From contig CAYVVT010000014.1 in the NCBI GenBank assembly GCA_964454335.1, positions 8,858 through 72,857 on the forward strand: 64,000 nt of DNA, given 5' to 3'. This document shows, piece after piece, positions 17,707-25,743 of the stretch. The notes under the pieces are model-generated. The model saw nothing but the letters and a program-made list of their open reading frames with translations. It did no database searches and was not told where the DNA came from. Both the position numbers and the translations under genes were made by a program. Origin of the DNA: an uncultured Lentisphaeria bacterium. GTDB taxonomy: Bacteria > Fidelibacterota > UBA8477 > JABMPR01. Each line of letters opens with the position of its first letter. Position 1 is the stretch's first letter.

Positions 17707-18939
17707 TCAACTCCTGATATCGTAGGCCATCAACGTATCGCCATGGCGTACATAGAGGATACCATCCGAGATCACCAGATGGGCCCAGTGCTCGTTGGTG
17801 CCTCGATTGATCTTGAATGAGCTGATGAGTTCAAATCTGCGTGGATCGGGCTGGATGAGACCTACTTTGCCGTTCTGGCCATAGAAATAGATCAGACCAT
17901 CGGCAGTGATGACATTCCCTTTACCCAGGCCTGGATCTACGTACATCTCTTCACCGGTTCGCCATTCGATGCAGTGCCAGGCAGGTCTCTCATGGCTGGT
18001 ACCGTAGATGTAGCCATCAATGACAACGAAGCCGTCCATCTGAACATCCAGTGTTTCGTTGCGCCAGACCTCGCTGATGGATCTACCATCATCGGAAAGC
18101 GTCAATTGGACACCACCTGTACCGTAGCCGCTGACACAATAGATCTTCCCGTCCAGGTAGTAGGGTGTGTTGGGATTGATATCATACTCGGTCTCATGGG
18201 TGTGTGACCAGAATAATTCGCCATTTTCTGCGTTTACGCCGATGATGGATTCACCGGTCATGGTGACAATGATGCGGCTGCCGCCGTGTTCCACCACGAT
18301 CGGCGAACAATAAGCAGCACGATCACCAACACCTTTGCCAGACCAAACCAGTTCTCCGGTATGACGGTTCAGCGCGATGATGTTCGTTTTGGTCCCACCC
18401 GGTGTGCAAATGAGATTATCGCCATCGATAAGCAGGGATTCTGTCAAACCCCACTTGATCTCACGGGCTCCGTATTTCTTTTTAAGGTTGACGCGCCAGA
18501 CGATATCGCCGTTCTCAACGTTCATGCACACCACATCACCGCCGGTGCCTTCCACGTAGAGCAGACCGTCTAGAACGGTAGGTGTGGTACGGGTGCCCTC
18601 ATAGCTTTTCGTCCATTCAGAACCGTATTCGGTCTTCCATTTCAATTGACCCTGCTTGTCGATCCCAAAGACATAGCCTTTTTCATCGATCATCCCGGTA
18701 GTAAATACGCCCTCTGAAGTGACCGCCGCCGAGGCGTAGCCCATGCCGAGAACTGTTGTTGACCAGAGAAGATCCGGACCGCCCCGGGGCCACTTCTGCA
18801 GCAGGTCCTGTTCGTGATAAACACCATCCCGGTTCAGCCCCCGCCACTGTGAGAAGGATCCATTTCCAGTCTGAGCGATCAGTCCAAAAGACAAAACGGT
18901 CACCTGGAGTATGCTCAATGCAACTCTGAAGTTCGTCAT
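17707..18939 (-). CDS. Secreted PQQ-like/BamB-like beta-propeller protein
   Basis: The start is taken as ATG 18939, which gives a signal peptide MTNFRVALSILQVTVLSFGLIAQ. The motif FSQWRG is followed by blades (GYVFGIDKQGQLKWKT, GDVVCMNVENGDIVWRV, TNIIALNRHTGELVWSG, ESIIGVNAENGELFWSH). The 108-codon upstream extension of the ORF to 19263 has no protein-like features. Confidence 0.8.
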   Translation of the reverse strand: MTNFRVALSILQVTVLSFGLIAQTGNGSFSQWRGLNRDGVYHEQDLLQKWPRGGPDLLWSTTVLGMGYASAAVTSEGVFTTGMIDEKGYVFGIDKQGQLKWKTEYGSEWTKSYEGTRTTPTVLDGLLYVEGTGGDVVCMNVENGDIVWRVNLKKKYGAREIKWGLTESLLIDGDNLICTPGGTKTNIIALNRHTGELVWSGKGVGDRAAYCSPIVVEHGGSRIIVTMTGESIIGVNAENGELFWSHTHETEYDINPNTPYYLDGKIYCVSGYGTGGVQLTLSDDGRSISEVWRNETLDVQMDGFVVIDGYIYGTSHERPAWHCIEWRTGEEMYVDPGLGKGNVITADGLIYFYGQNGKVGLIQPDPRRFELISSFKINRGTNEHWAHLVISDGILYVRHGDTLMAYDIRS

Positions 18940-19081
18940 TCTGTGTTCCCCATGTTCTTTAAGTGTTGTTCTGCGTTTAATAAAATAGTCAACTTTCTGG
19001 AAATTACCTGATATGGAATTTGCACGGCTGACATATGCTCTCAGGAACCGATTACATGTAACATAGTTAATAATTGTGAAT

Positions 19082-19097
19082 AGCACAAATAGTGCCA
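19082..19097 (-). promoter_or_regulatory. Candidate sigma-54 (-24/-12) promoter for the propeller/NapGH-like operon
   Basis: The minus strand reads TGGCAC-tattt-GTGCT, with correct GG-N10-GC spacing against the consensus TGGCAC-N5-TTGCW. It lies 143-158 nt upstream of ATG 18939. A sigma-54-dependent activator is encoded in the window. Confidence 0.5.
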
Positions 19098-19347
19098 GCA
19101 GAGTTCGCTGATCCTTCTCTGACACTGGTCTGACCATCTCCAGGAATGTATGATCGTGACGATGGGGATCAGGACACCTGGTAGCAGATGGTGATATCAA
19201 TTGAGGTGTCTGATGCAGATAGTTATGGCGCTGAGTGTTGTGATAAACGGATATCAGGATCATGGGATTAACGTTGATCCAAACATTTCTGCCCGGTGAA
19301 CTGATGCGGTAGAGTATTCGCTTATTACTTCCGATTGGCCTGGCTTT

Positions 19348-19989
19348 TCACAAAACGGGATCGGAAAGGCGAGGCGTCTTCCTCTGCTCCAATCCCAGCC
19401 AAATCAGACCTGTCGCTTCGAGAACAACGCCGATGGTGCGTATTACGAATACAGGTCCGCCGATGGCGAACAGACAGGCGCCCAGGACGAACAGGATAAC
19501 GGGATACAGGGGGAAGAGTTTGACTTTCAGGAAGGCAATCCCCAGCAGGATCACGCCGAACATGAACAGGATGCCCATCATCAGATGGGTGGTTGAGAAG
19601 ACCACGTCCTTGAACAGGGGGCCCTGGATATCGATGAGAACAGGTGCATAAACGGCTATGACCGGCCAGACGATGGTTTCTTCGATCTGGATCCATACGT
19701 ACAGCAGCCAGCCCATGAAGCTGAGCAGAAATCCAATGAATCCGAATTTGCCAAGTTTCTCGAAGTATGGCATGTACAGGCCCACCAGGACCAGGACGAA
19801 GAGCATGGTGGCGAATGATCCAAGACTGTTGATCAGTACCCATGTGGGGTGGTTGACCATATCCAGGAGCAGGGTGGCTGAATCCGGTGCCGGCATTGGG
19901 ATCAACAGCAAAGCCCACCAGACGACGAATAGTGATGCGCTGAGGATGGAGATCAGACCAAAGATCTGATGCATGCTTTCACGGGTCAT
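19348..19989 (-). CDS. Hypothetical polytopic membrane protein (~6 TM)
   Basis: 213 aa, dominated by hydrophobic helices (IFGLISILSASLFVVWWALLLI, FATMLFVLVLVGLYM, FGFIGFLLSFMGWLLYVWI, etc.). I recognised no catalytic motif. Confidence 0.6.
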   Translation of the reverse strand: MTRESMHQIFGLISILSASLFVVWWALLLIPMPAPDSATLLLDMVNHPTWVLINSLGSFATMLFVLVLVGLYMPYFEKLGKFGFIGFLLSFMGWLLYVWIQIEETIVWPVIAVYAPVLIDIQGPLFKDVVFSTTHLMMGILFMFGVILLGIAFLKVKLFPLYPVILFVLGACLFAIGGPVFVIRTIGVVLEATGLIWLGLEQRKTPRLSDPVL

Positions 19990-20172
19990 GTTTTCTCCCT
20001 TCAGAATGGCAGTACGAACGAGTGTTCCACGGCCATTACTGGATATTCAGTTTCAAGCAGAGAGGTGGCGCTTGAATATAAGGATCACGGGGGTCCTGAG
20101 GCCTCAACATTCCTGGTCAGGATCCCACTCGATGCAAAGGCATGAAGAAAAACCAGCGTTACATCAGGATGA

Positions 20173-20649
20173 TCAGAAATGTTCCACATTCCTTTCAGAA
20201 ACCGTCTCATTTTCAGAGAGGGACTCAAAGAATTCCGGTTCCCAGAAATACACATTCAGCAATTCGTTCAGCTGAAGCAGGGTGTATGGTTTTGGTAGAT
20301 ATCCGTCAAAACCAATTTCCTGCAGAGCAGTCATTTTATCTTCGGAATAAGCAGTTACTGCTGCTATTGGAGTCTCCTTGTGCCGGGGATCCCGTTTGAC
20401 CCTGTAACCGAGTTCGAGACCTGAGATACCGTGACCCAGGGCAATATCCAGCAGCATCATATCCACGGTTCTCTGCTTCAAAAGGTTCAACGCTGCTTCG
20501 CCTGAGGCCACTGACAAGCATGTGACTCCCAGCTCTTTCAGCATATCGTTCAACAGCTTGCGTTCCTCAAGCACATCCTCTACGACCAGTACCGTGTACT
20601 CCTTTGAGTATTTCCTGATATCCGGGGTATCAACTTCTGCACGTTTCAT
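20173..20649 (-). CDS. Stand-alone response-regulator receiver (CheY-like) protein
   Basis: REC hallmarks are VLVVED, the phospho-acceptor context MMLLDIALG, T in AAVTAY and K in LPKPY. There is no output domain. Confidence 0.85.
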   Translation of the reverse strand: MKRAEVDTPDIRKYSKEYTVLVVEDVLEERKLLNDMLKELGVTCLSVASGEAALNLLKQRTVDMMLLDIALGHGISGLELGYRVKRDPRHKETPIAAVTAYSEDKMTALQEIGFDGYLPKPYTLLQLNELLNVYFWEPEFFESLSENETVSERNVEHF

Positions 20650-21359
20650 GATCCAGGCTCCCTTTCGATGGTTGGTTCCCTGTGTTCAGACCTGTACCGT
20701 AATGATTGATGGAGATTGAACTCCACCACCCTATGTACCAAACTTCATACCAAAAAGCGGTGAAGGTATCATAATTAACTGTTATTTCGTAACTTAGATA
20801 ACATCGATGGGATCAGTGGGTAGTTGGAATTAATACTCGAGTGTCATATATATACGACATTTTCACCATTTCGTGTCTGGCCGAAAAGACACCGGGTCAT
20901 ATCCACCACTAACTGTCCTAAATTTAAGACTGTTTTTTATTCTATCTTCATGGTGGAAGCAGAATGTATCCGCTGTTAGTTATTATTATATCTCAGTTTA
21001 TGGGGATGCTATCTCCAAATTTCTACCTAAGGAAGCAATAAACCGGAAAGTTGAATGCATCGGGGGATATGCCACACCATAAATACTATAATATCAATAA
21101 TATAACAATTTATCGGGACCAGATGATCTCTTCGTGCAGCCTTAGGGCAGAATGGAAAAATAGGTGGCCTGCCCAGTCGATCCTGAGACTCATTGAACCG
21201 AGACCTGGATTAAGAAGAGAATCTCTGATCACTGAACTAGTATCCTTTTTATAATAGTTGTCATTAAGCATATTATTTCTGTGAAATGAACTTATGTTCA
21301 TTATATTTTATTGGTGAAAATCACGAGTATTAGCATTGACAATTCCAAAAAGAGAGCAT

Positions 21360-21809
21360 ATGAGAAATCCATACCGACGACGTATCATTGATGAACCACC
21401 TAAGTATTATTTCTTCAAGCCTGCTGGAATTCCCACCCGCAAAATAGCCAAAATTGATATGTCCCTGGATGAATATGAGGCCCTCCGCCTGGCTGACTTT
21501 CAACAACTTGAACATCTTGAAGCATCAAAACAGATGGACATATCAAGACCGACTTTTACCCGTCTTATCAAAAAGGCAAGATACAAGGTTGCGCAGTCAC
21601 TCATAGAGGGGCATGCACTAAAAATCGTGGGAGGTAATGTGGATCTGATCAACACGCTGCATGCCTGCCAGGATTGCGGGGAATTTACCAGGCAACCGGT
21701 CGCTACTCCATTCAGTGAATGTCCGGACTGTGGATCTACCAATACCGAGGACCTGGCGAACAGACATGTAGCGATCCCCGGTCCTGATGAAGGCGGGGAA
21801 AATGAATGA
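21360..21809 (+). CDS. DUF134 (UPF0251) family putative DNA-binding protein with C-terminal zinc ribbon
   Basis: MRNPYRRRIIDEPPKYYFFKPAG...LDEYEALRLADFQQLEHLEASKQMDISRPTFTRLIKKARYKVA matches the DUF134 pattern (a sigma-70 region-4-like HTH). The C-terminus has CQDCGEF...CPDCGS. ATG 21360 is preferred over the TTG at 21336. Confidence 0.8.
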   Translation: MRNPYRRRIIDEPPKYYFFKPAGIPTRKIAKIDMSLDEYEALRLADFQQLEHLEASKQMDISRPTFTRLIKKARYKVAQSLIEGHALKIVGGNVDLINTLHACQDCGEFTRQPVATPFSECPDCGSTNTEDLANRHVAIPGPDEGGENE

Positions 21810-21844
21810 TCATCAGGTCGAACAATCAGACCGGGAGAGTGGTA

Positions 21845-22045
21845 ATGAGTAAAAGCAACCCTGATAGATTGGGTCCTGTTGGCAAATGTAAATGTCCCAG
21901 ATGCGGAACCAGAACAACCCACAAACGCGGAATACCCTGTCAGGAGGAGACCTGTCCCAAGTGTGGAGCTCTGCTGCTACGGGAGGGATCCAGTCATTAC
22001 CGAGCCTGGCAAAAGAGGAAGAAGCAACAGCAGGAGGTAACCTGA
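21845..22045 (+). CDS. Small zinc-ribbon protein (CxxC...CxxC)
   Basis: 66 aa from ATG 21845, preceded by GGGAGAG. The sequence is CKCPRCGTRTTHKRGIPCQEETCPKCG with a basic tail. It lies between the DUF134 and NifX-like genes. Confidence 0.5.
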   Translation: MSKSNPDRLGPVGKCKCPRCGTRTTHKRGIPCQEETCPKCGALLLREGSSHYRAWQKRKKQQQEVT

Positions 22046-22290
22046 TTGTCGGTAAGAAGCATATCGATTTCGGCAAGGTCAACAAGATCCACCAACACCA
22101 TTGACTCTGCCATTGGATGGACCGTCGGGATCATCGCCAGCCTGATTGGCTTGTATCTCTCAGCAGCAGTTGATTTTCCCACCGGGCAGCCAGCGTGTGC
22201 ACTCTCAGTCTGTTCGTTCCGGTAGCAGCTTTGATCAAAAGGTTCGTGCCACGCAGATCAGTATAACAACACTCGTAAGGGGAACAGAAT

Positions 22291-22677
22291 ATGAAAATAG
22301 CAGTAGCATCAGACGATGGGAAAGCCATCTCAGCTCACTTTGGCAGGACGCTGGGATTTGTCATTTGTGAGGTTGAAGGTGAAAGCATCAAAGGGAGTGA
22401 GTATCGGAAGAATACCTTCACCGGCCACGCTCGCGGATTGGAGGGTGCCGGTCATGCGGTAGATCGTCATGGACCAATCCTTCAAGCCCTGTCAGACTGC
22501 AAGGTTGTGATCTCACATGGAATGGGAAGAAGAATCTACAACGATCTCAAGACCGCCGGGATCGAGACATTTATCACCGACCAGACCCATGTTCAATCAG
22601 CAGTCCAGAGTTATTTGCAGGGAGAACTGCAAGATATCTCAGAAGCAGCCTGTGATCATTCACCGCCGGGTGTATAA
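22291..22677 (+). CDS. NifX/NifB-C-terminal-like (dinitrogenase FeMo-cofactor-binding fold) protein
   Basis: MKIAVASDDGKAISAHFGRTLGFVICEV...VVISHGMGRRIYNDLKTAGIETF is the typical Nitro_FeMo-Co domain pattern. This domain is commonly found next to DUF134 genes in anaerobes. Confidence 0.8.
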   Translation: MKIAVASDDGKAISAHFGRTLGFVICEVEGESIKGSEYRKNTFTGHARGLEGAGHAVDRHGPILQALSDCKVVISHGMGRRIYNDLKTAGIETFITDQTHVQSAVQSYLQGELQDISEAACDHSPPGV

Positions 22678-22852
22678 TTCTTAAACAACTGTTGAATGTT
22701 TATACATTCCCTCTGAATCCTTACGGAGTACGGGCTGCGCGCCATTCCCCGCGATACCTGTAGAATTATTCTACGGTCAGCTATACAACACTCCAATTTG
22801 TAACAGGTCATTACTGCTTGTAATTACTTGACTTAACCCGCTTCGTTCTTTC

Positions 22853-22867
22853 TGGCACCTCTTTTGG
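22853..22867 (+). promoter_or_regulatory. Candidate sigma-54 (-24/-12) promoter for the GcvH-like/NrfCD-like operon
   Basis: TGGCAC-ctctt-TTGG has a perfect -24 element and correct spacing. The -12 element reads TTGG instead of TTGC. It lies ~38 nt upstream of ATG 22905, which has a strong AAGGAGG Shine-Dalgarno sequence. Confidence 0.45.
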
Positions 22868-22904
22868 ATTAAGGAACATTGAATTGAAACCAAAGGAGGT
22901 TCTC

Positions 22905-23591
22905 ATGGTCTTCGCCATTGGCTTAATCTTCATTGCCGCCGTGATCGGGGTGGAACTGTACACCCGGTATCAGCGGCGTCAAACTGTCAGGGCCGCTCCC
23001 CTTGTTGCCAGGAGTTCCTACCAGATGAAGGCGGACCAGATCCGTTTACCGGGTGGGCTCTATTTCCATCCCGGCCACACCTGGAGCTATCTCGCCGAGA
23101 ACGGCCTCATCCAGACTGGCGTGGATGATTTCCTCATGCATATCACCGGACCGCCATCCAGATTGACACTGCCTGAAAAGAACACATCCATCAAGCAGGG
23201 TGAACCCTTCATGCAAATCCATCAGAACGGACATTCTCTTATGCTGAGATCGCCGGTCACCGGAAAGGTGTCAAGCATCAACGAATCAGTGCAGAGTGAT
23301 CCCTCTGTACTGGCCAAGAAGCCTTACGGGGGCAACTGGATCTGTGAGATCGAGGTGGACAACTGGCGGGAAAACACCTGGGGTCTCCTGCTGGGTCAGC
23401 GTGCAGGTAATTGGCTACATGCCGAGATGCAGCGCCTGCGCGATTTCTTCGCCGAGGTGGTTGCTGCCCGGGATCCTGAGCTGCCCGCCCTGACCCTGCA
23501 GGATGGCGGTGAGGTCGCGGAACAGGTGCTGTCATATCAGGACAAGGACGTCTGGGATGCCTTTCAGAGCGACTTCCTTGACGCTGTCTAA
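22905..23591 (+). CDS. Membrane-anchored glycine-cleavage-H-fold (GcvH-like) protein, paralog 1
   Basis: The ATG at 22905 follows AAGGAGG. There is an N-terminal TM (MVFAIGLIFIAAVIGVELY) followed by basic residues. GcvH-like core: HPGHTWSYLAENGLIQTGVDDFLMHITGPPSRLTLPEKNTSIKQGEPFMQIHQNGHSLMLRSPVTGKVSSINE...PYGGNWICEI. There is no Lys at the lipoylation position. Confidence 0.7.
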   Translation: MVFAIGLIFIAAVIGVELYTRYQRRQTVRAAPLVARSSYQMKADQIRLPGGLYFHPGHTWSYLAENGLIQTGVDDFLMHITGPPSRLTLPEKNTSIKQGEPFMQIHQNGHSLMLRSPVTGKVSSINESVQSDPSVLAKKPYGGNWICEIEVDNWRENTWGLLLGQRAGNWLHAEMQRLRDFFAEVVAARDPELPALTLQDGGEVAEQVLSYQDKDVWDAFQSDFLDAV

Positions 23592-23639
23592 ACAGTTCAG
23601 TCTGAAAATCATTGCTAAACCTGAATAGGAGACCAATCC

Positions 23640-24512
23640 ATGGGATTGAAAAGACGTGATTTCCTGAAAACGCTTGGAGTAGCCGGCGGTGGTCTGCTGG
23701 GTGCAGACGCCCTGGCGGCTCCCAAAGCCACAGCTGAGAAAAAGGAGATGTACTCCCTCCTCATCGACATCTCGCTCTGTGAGGGCTGTCAGTCCTGTGA
23801 GTACGCCTGCGCAGAGATCAACAATCTACCCGACCCTGAGGGATATCCCGAGGTGGGAGAGATCCGCAAACTGGATCCCGATCGGTTCACCGTACTCAAC
23901 GCCTTCGACACCTCGAAAGGCGAGTACTACGTCAAGAAACAGTGCATGCACTGCAATCAACCGGCCTGCGCCTCGGCATGTCTTACCAAAGCCATGTACA
24001 AGACCGAGGAAGGACCGGTGATCTGGCGTGGGGACAAATGTATGGGTTGCCGTTACTGCATGCTTTCCTGTCCATTCGATATCCCCACCTTTGAATACGA
24101 CAGTCCGAATCCGCGCATCGCCAAATGCCGCATGTGCTTCGAGCAACTGGCCGAAGGGGAATGGCCAGCCTGTGTGGATAATTGTCCCAATGAAGCTGTG
24201 ATCTTCGGCACCCGGCGTGAGATGCTGGCCGAAGCCCGACGTCGTATTGCCGTGAACCCGGGTGATTACGTGGATCAAATCTATGGCGAACATGAGGCTG
24301 GAGGAACCGGCGTTCTCTATATATCCCCGGTACCCTTCGAGGAACTGGGATTCGACACTGAGATCGAGAGGGAACCCTATCCTGAATACACCAAGGGATT
24401 CCTTTATGCAGTACCCTCGATCTTCGTTCTATGGCCTGCCATACTGCTGGGATTGCGTGAGTCCTCTGCCAGGAAAGAGCAGCCGGTAGAAGGAGAGGTC
24501 GATCATGAATGA
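23640..24512 (+). CDS. Tat-exported NrfC/HybA/DsrO-like 4x[4Fe-4S] protein with C-terminal membrane anchor
   Basis: Tat signal MGLKRRDFLKTLGVAGGGLLGADALAA is present. Cys clusters are CEGCQSCEYAC, CMHCNQPACASAC, CMGCRYCMLSCP and CRMC...CVDNCP. The C-terminal TM is FLYAVPSIFVLWPAILLGL. Confidence 0.9.
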   Translation: MGLKRRDFLKTLGVAGGGLLGADALAAPKATAEKKEMYSLLIDISLCEGCQSCEYACAEINNLPDPEGYPEVGEIRKLDPDRFTVLNAFDTSKGEYYVKKQCMHCNQPACASACLTKAMYKTEEGPVIWRGDKCMGCRYCMLSCPFDIPTFEYDSPNPRIAKCRMCFEQLAEGEWPACVDNCPNEAVIFGTRREMLAEARRRIAVNPGDYVDQIYGEHEAGGTGVLYISPVPFEELGFDTEIEREPYPEYTKGFLYAVPSIFVLWPAILLGLRESSARKEQPVEGEVDHE

Positions 24513-25734
24513 GACCAGTCTACGACCTACTGAAATACCGCAAAGCGGCAGTCGATGGAGATTTCTGCTGAATGAATTGAAGCCCAAGAGTCGATTTCTC
24601 ACACCCTTCAATATCATTTCTCTGCCCATCATGCTGCTGGGATTCATCATTATCGTGATCCGGTTCTGGAAAGGGCTGGGTTCCGTTACGAACCTCGATC
24701 AGATGACCCCCTGGGGACTGTGGATCGGTTTCGACGTGGTGACGGGCGTAGCCTTCGCCGGAGGTGCCTATGTGTTGACCTTCATGGTTTACATCCTGCG
24801 TATGGAAACCTACCGGCCCATCGTCAGGGTCACCGTCCTGAACGGTTTCCTGGCCTATCTCTTCTATGCCGGGGCACTGCTGTTGGATCTCGGCAGGCCC
24901 TGGAATGTCATCAATCCCATCATCGGGAACAGCTTTGGTACCAGCAGCGTCCTCTTCCTGGTAGCCTGGCACTTCCTGCTGTACATGCTGGCTGAGCTGG
25001 TGGAATTCTCACCGGCAATCGCAGAATGGCTCAATGCCAGGAAACTGCGCCGTGTGCTCGCCGGCCTGAGTGTCGGGGCGGTGATCTTCGGGATCACGCT
25101 GTCAACCCTGCACCAGTCAGGGCTGGGCGCCCTGTTTCTCATGGCCAAGGGCAAGATCCATCCGCTGTGGTATTCGGAGTTCATCCCCGTGCTCTTCTTT
25201 GTATCAAGCATCTTTGCGGGTCTGTCCATGGTCATCTTCGAGGGAACCATCACCAACAAGGTGTTCCGGCATCTGCTCGGCGAGAGCCATGAGGAACAGC
25301 ATCAGAAGATCATCCGGGGACTGTCGCGGGTATGTGCCATGGCCATGTTCGCCTATCTGTTCCTGAAAGTCCTGGATCTGATCCATGGCCAGCATCTGGC
25401 CGATCTGTTCACCGCTTGGGGGACCTGGTACCTGGTTGAAATACTGGGCTTCGTTGTCCTGCCCATGATCCTCTTCATCCAGGGTCTGAGGACTGACAAC
25501 AGCTGGTTGCTCAAGGCCGGCGCTGTGTTCACACTGGTAGGCATCATCCTCAATCGCCTGAACATTTCGGTGATCGCCTTTCGCTGGGATGCCGCAGTAC
25601 CCTATATCCCCACCTGGATGGAATTTGTGGTGACTCTGGCAGTGATCTTCACCGAGCTCTGGATATTCCGCTGGATCGTTCAGCGTATGCCGGTATTGAA
25701 GGATTCACCGCTGTTCGCCGGTGAGAAACACTAG
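24505..25734 (+). CDS. NrfD/PsrC/DsrP-family integral membrane (quinone-interacting) subunit
   Basis: 409 aa with ~10 predicted TM helices. It overlaps the NrfC-like gene by 8 nt, and its size and topology are typical of the NrfD family. I saw no haem-binding CXXCH motif. Confidence 0.8.
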   Translation: MNETSLRPTEIPQSGSRWRFLLNELKPKSRFLTPFNIISLPIMLLGFIIIVIRFWKGLGSVTNLDQMTPWGLWIGFDVVTGVAFAGGAYVLTFMVYILRMETYRPIVRVTVLNGFLAYLFYAGALLLDLGRPWNVINPIIGNSFGTSSVLFLVAWHFLLYMLAELVEFSPAIAEWLNARKLRRVLAGLSVGAVIFGITLSTLHQSGLGALFLMAKGKIHPLWYSEFIPVLFFVSSIFAGLSMVIFEGTITNKVFRHLLGESHEEQHQKIIRGLSRVCAMAMFAYLFLKVLDLIHGQHLADLFTAWGTWYLVEILGFVVLPMILFIQGLRTDNSWLLKAGAVFTLVGIILNRLNISVIAFRWDAAVPYIPTWMEFVVTLAVIFTELWIFRWIVQRMPVLKDSPLFAGEKH

Positions 25735-25743
25735 GAGTCTATA

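Noticed and set aside
18940-19263. Long N-terminal extensions of several ORFs: 17707-19263, 11365-13320, 13064-14470, 8994-11468 and 42368-43987.
   Set aside because: The extensions overlap the preceding gene or look non-protein-like. Internal starts give proper signal peptides or TM anchors and classic start/stop overlaps (ATGA, TGATG), so the shorter gene models are preferred.
19325-19918. A 197-aa alternative-frame ORF that overlaps the membrane-protein gene on the same strand.
   Set aside because: Its translation is rich in Pro, Arg, Gly and His with no structure. The 19348-19989 frame gives six clean hydrophobic helices.
20873-21301. Small ORFs (61-69 aa) inside the AT-rich 20650-21359 spacer.
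   Set aside because: They have no RBS and no recognisable motifs, and their composition simply reflects AT-rich DNA. They are treated as non-coding.
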